A DNA stretch of 64,000 nt, taken from Paragordius varius (taxonomy: Eukaryota; Animalia; Nematomorpha). Shown here one piece after another: positions 62,951-64,000 of this stretch. The stretch covers positions 5,332,001 through 5,396,000 of the forward strand of contig OZ176057.1 of NCBI GenBank assembly GCA_964247055.1. The letters run 5' to 3'. The notes beneath the pieces were generated by a model that saw only the letters and a program-made list of their open reading frames with translations, had not been told where the DNA came from and did not search any database. Numbering within the stretch: the stretch's first letter is position 1; each line of letters opens with the position of its first letter. Both the position numbers and the translations under genes were made by a program.

Positions 62951-64000
62951 GTAAGCTTGTCCCTAGATTTTCTTTTTAAGGAATTTTGATTTTCTTTTTT
63001 AGCTCAATTCTATATTATATGCTCTCTTTGTCTATTATATCAGCGGAATTGGTTGGAATATGCTAATATATTTTATATGGGTTGCTATACAATTAATGTA
63101 GTGCTTGCATAAATATGATATATTAAATTTTGCACATGGAACGCACAATTTCATTTAATTTATATGATTATCACTAGGATTATTCCACGGAAATTTTAGC
63201 CCTCTTAATAATGAAAAATTAATGGAAATTCTTTATAAAATACATAAGAATCATGTCATTTTATATATGACTTCAAAATTTTAAAATATTCCTAAGATGT
63301 GGGATATATAATTTGCCAGAAACACCAATTACGCTAACTCACAAGATTTTAACTTGCACAGTATATTAAATTATAAATTTAATTAGGTTGACGTGTGCAT
63401 AGATGCTGGAAAACGAGATCTATCAAGAGAGATATTAACAGTACTACTCTTGTATTAAACAAAGTGTTTCTATACCAAATGATTTGTTATGGATCATCTG
63501 ATGGTGTAATGCTACCTGTTAGAATCACTTGGATGCTTCTTGAATGTTGATTATCTTTTCTAATTAACTGTTGTTTATAAAATAAATTTTTAAATATTAT
63601 TTTAGCTATTATTTGTAAAATATTTTACGTTAAATATAATTTCGCTTATATGTAAAAATATTCGAAAAATTGTATGATCGCAACTAAAGATAAAGTAAAG
63701 GGGTTTGCAAGAATTTATCGTTAAAATGGATATGACAAACATTTTTTTAGATATCCCACCGGTAAATTTATAGATATATAATTGTTTTATTTAAAAATTG
63801 AATTGTAATATATTATATATATATGTATATATATATATAAAATATGATATCAGTTATTTAAATAATTGGCAAAAAACAACCATACATTTTAAACATTGCA
63901 AAGTAGGAAATATTCATGTAAATGCGTTAAATAAATTTCGTGAATTTGTTCGATAAGGGCAAGTTAATTAAACAACTTAAAAAACCAGGATTGTAATAAC

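Larger units (their letters stand above)
48481..64000. repeat. Tandem segmental duplication, unit 3 (diverged, partial; lacks the PDE-like gene)
   Basis: Homologous LST8 exons 1-3 (48550-49018), G4/hairpin element, promoter, repeated exons and GC island (62058-62950) recur in the same order. Confidence 0.92.

Overview
Very AT-rich eukaryotic nuclear DNA with spliceosomal GT-AG genes; no rRNA, tRNA or CRISPR was found. The window is a head-to-tail tandem amplification of a 20-25 kb cassette: unit 1 (1-23118), unit 2 (23119-~48480; left ~12 kb nearly identical to unit 1 at offset 23118) and a more diverged, partial unit 3 (~48480-64000). Each unit carries: (i) a highly divergent, independently decayed LST8 (mLST8/GbetaL WD40) gene on the minus strand that straddles the unit junction; (ii) in units 1-2 only, a frameshifted gene with weak cyclic-nucleotide phosphodiesterase-like motifs; (iii) a plus-strand, TATA-driven multi-exon gene whose introns are filled with 17-33 bp satellites; (iv) a ~110 bp double-hairpin plus telomere-like G-quadruplex repeat bracketing that gene in inverted orientation; (v) a ~0.9 kb GC-rich island. 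The island is the most unusual element. On its minus strand two exactly 17-nt GT-AG introns, both at AG|GTGT and conserved in all three units, join a 199-codon reading frame in unit 1. That frame is interrupted only by four TGA codons, and its 3' end folds into a ~200-nt hairpin followed by a pre-miRNA-sized hairpin and a C12-16 tract. Other 23-27 nt introns suggest the host has a tiny-intron class alongside multi-kb satellite introns. The organism cannot be identified from sequence alone, and all protein-family assignments are from remembered motifs, not database searches.
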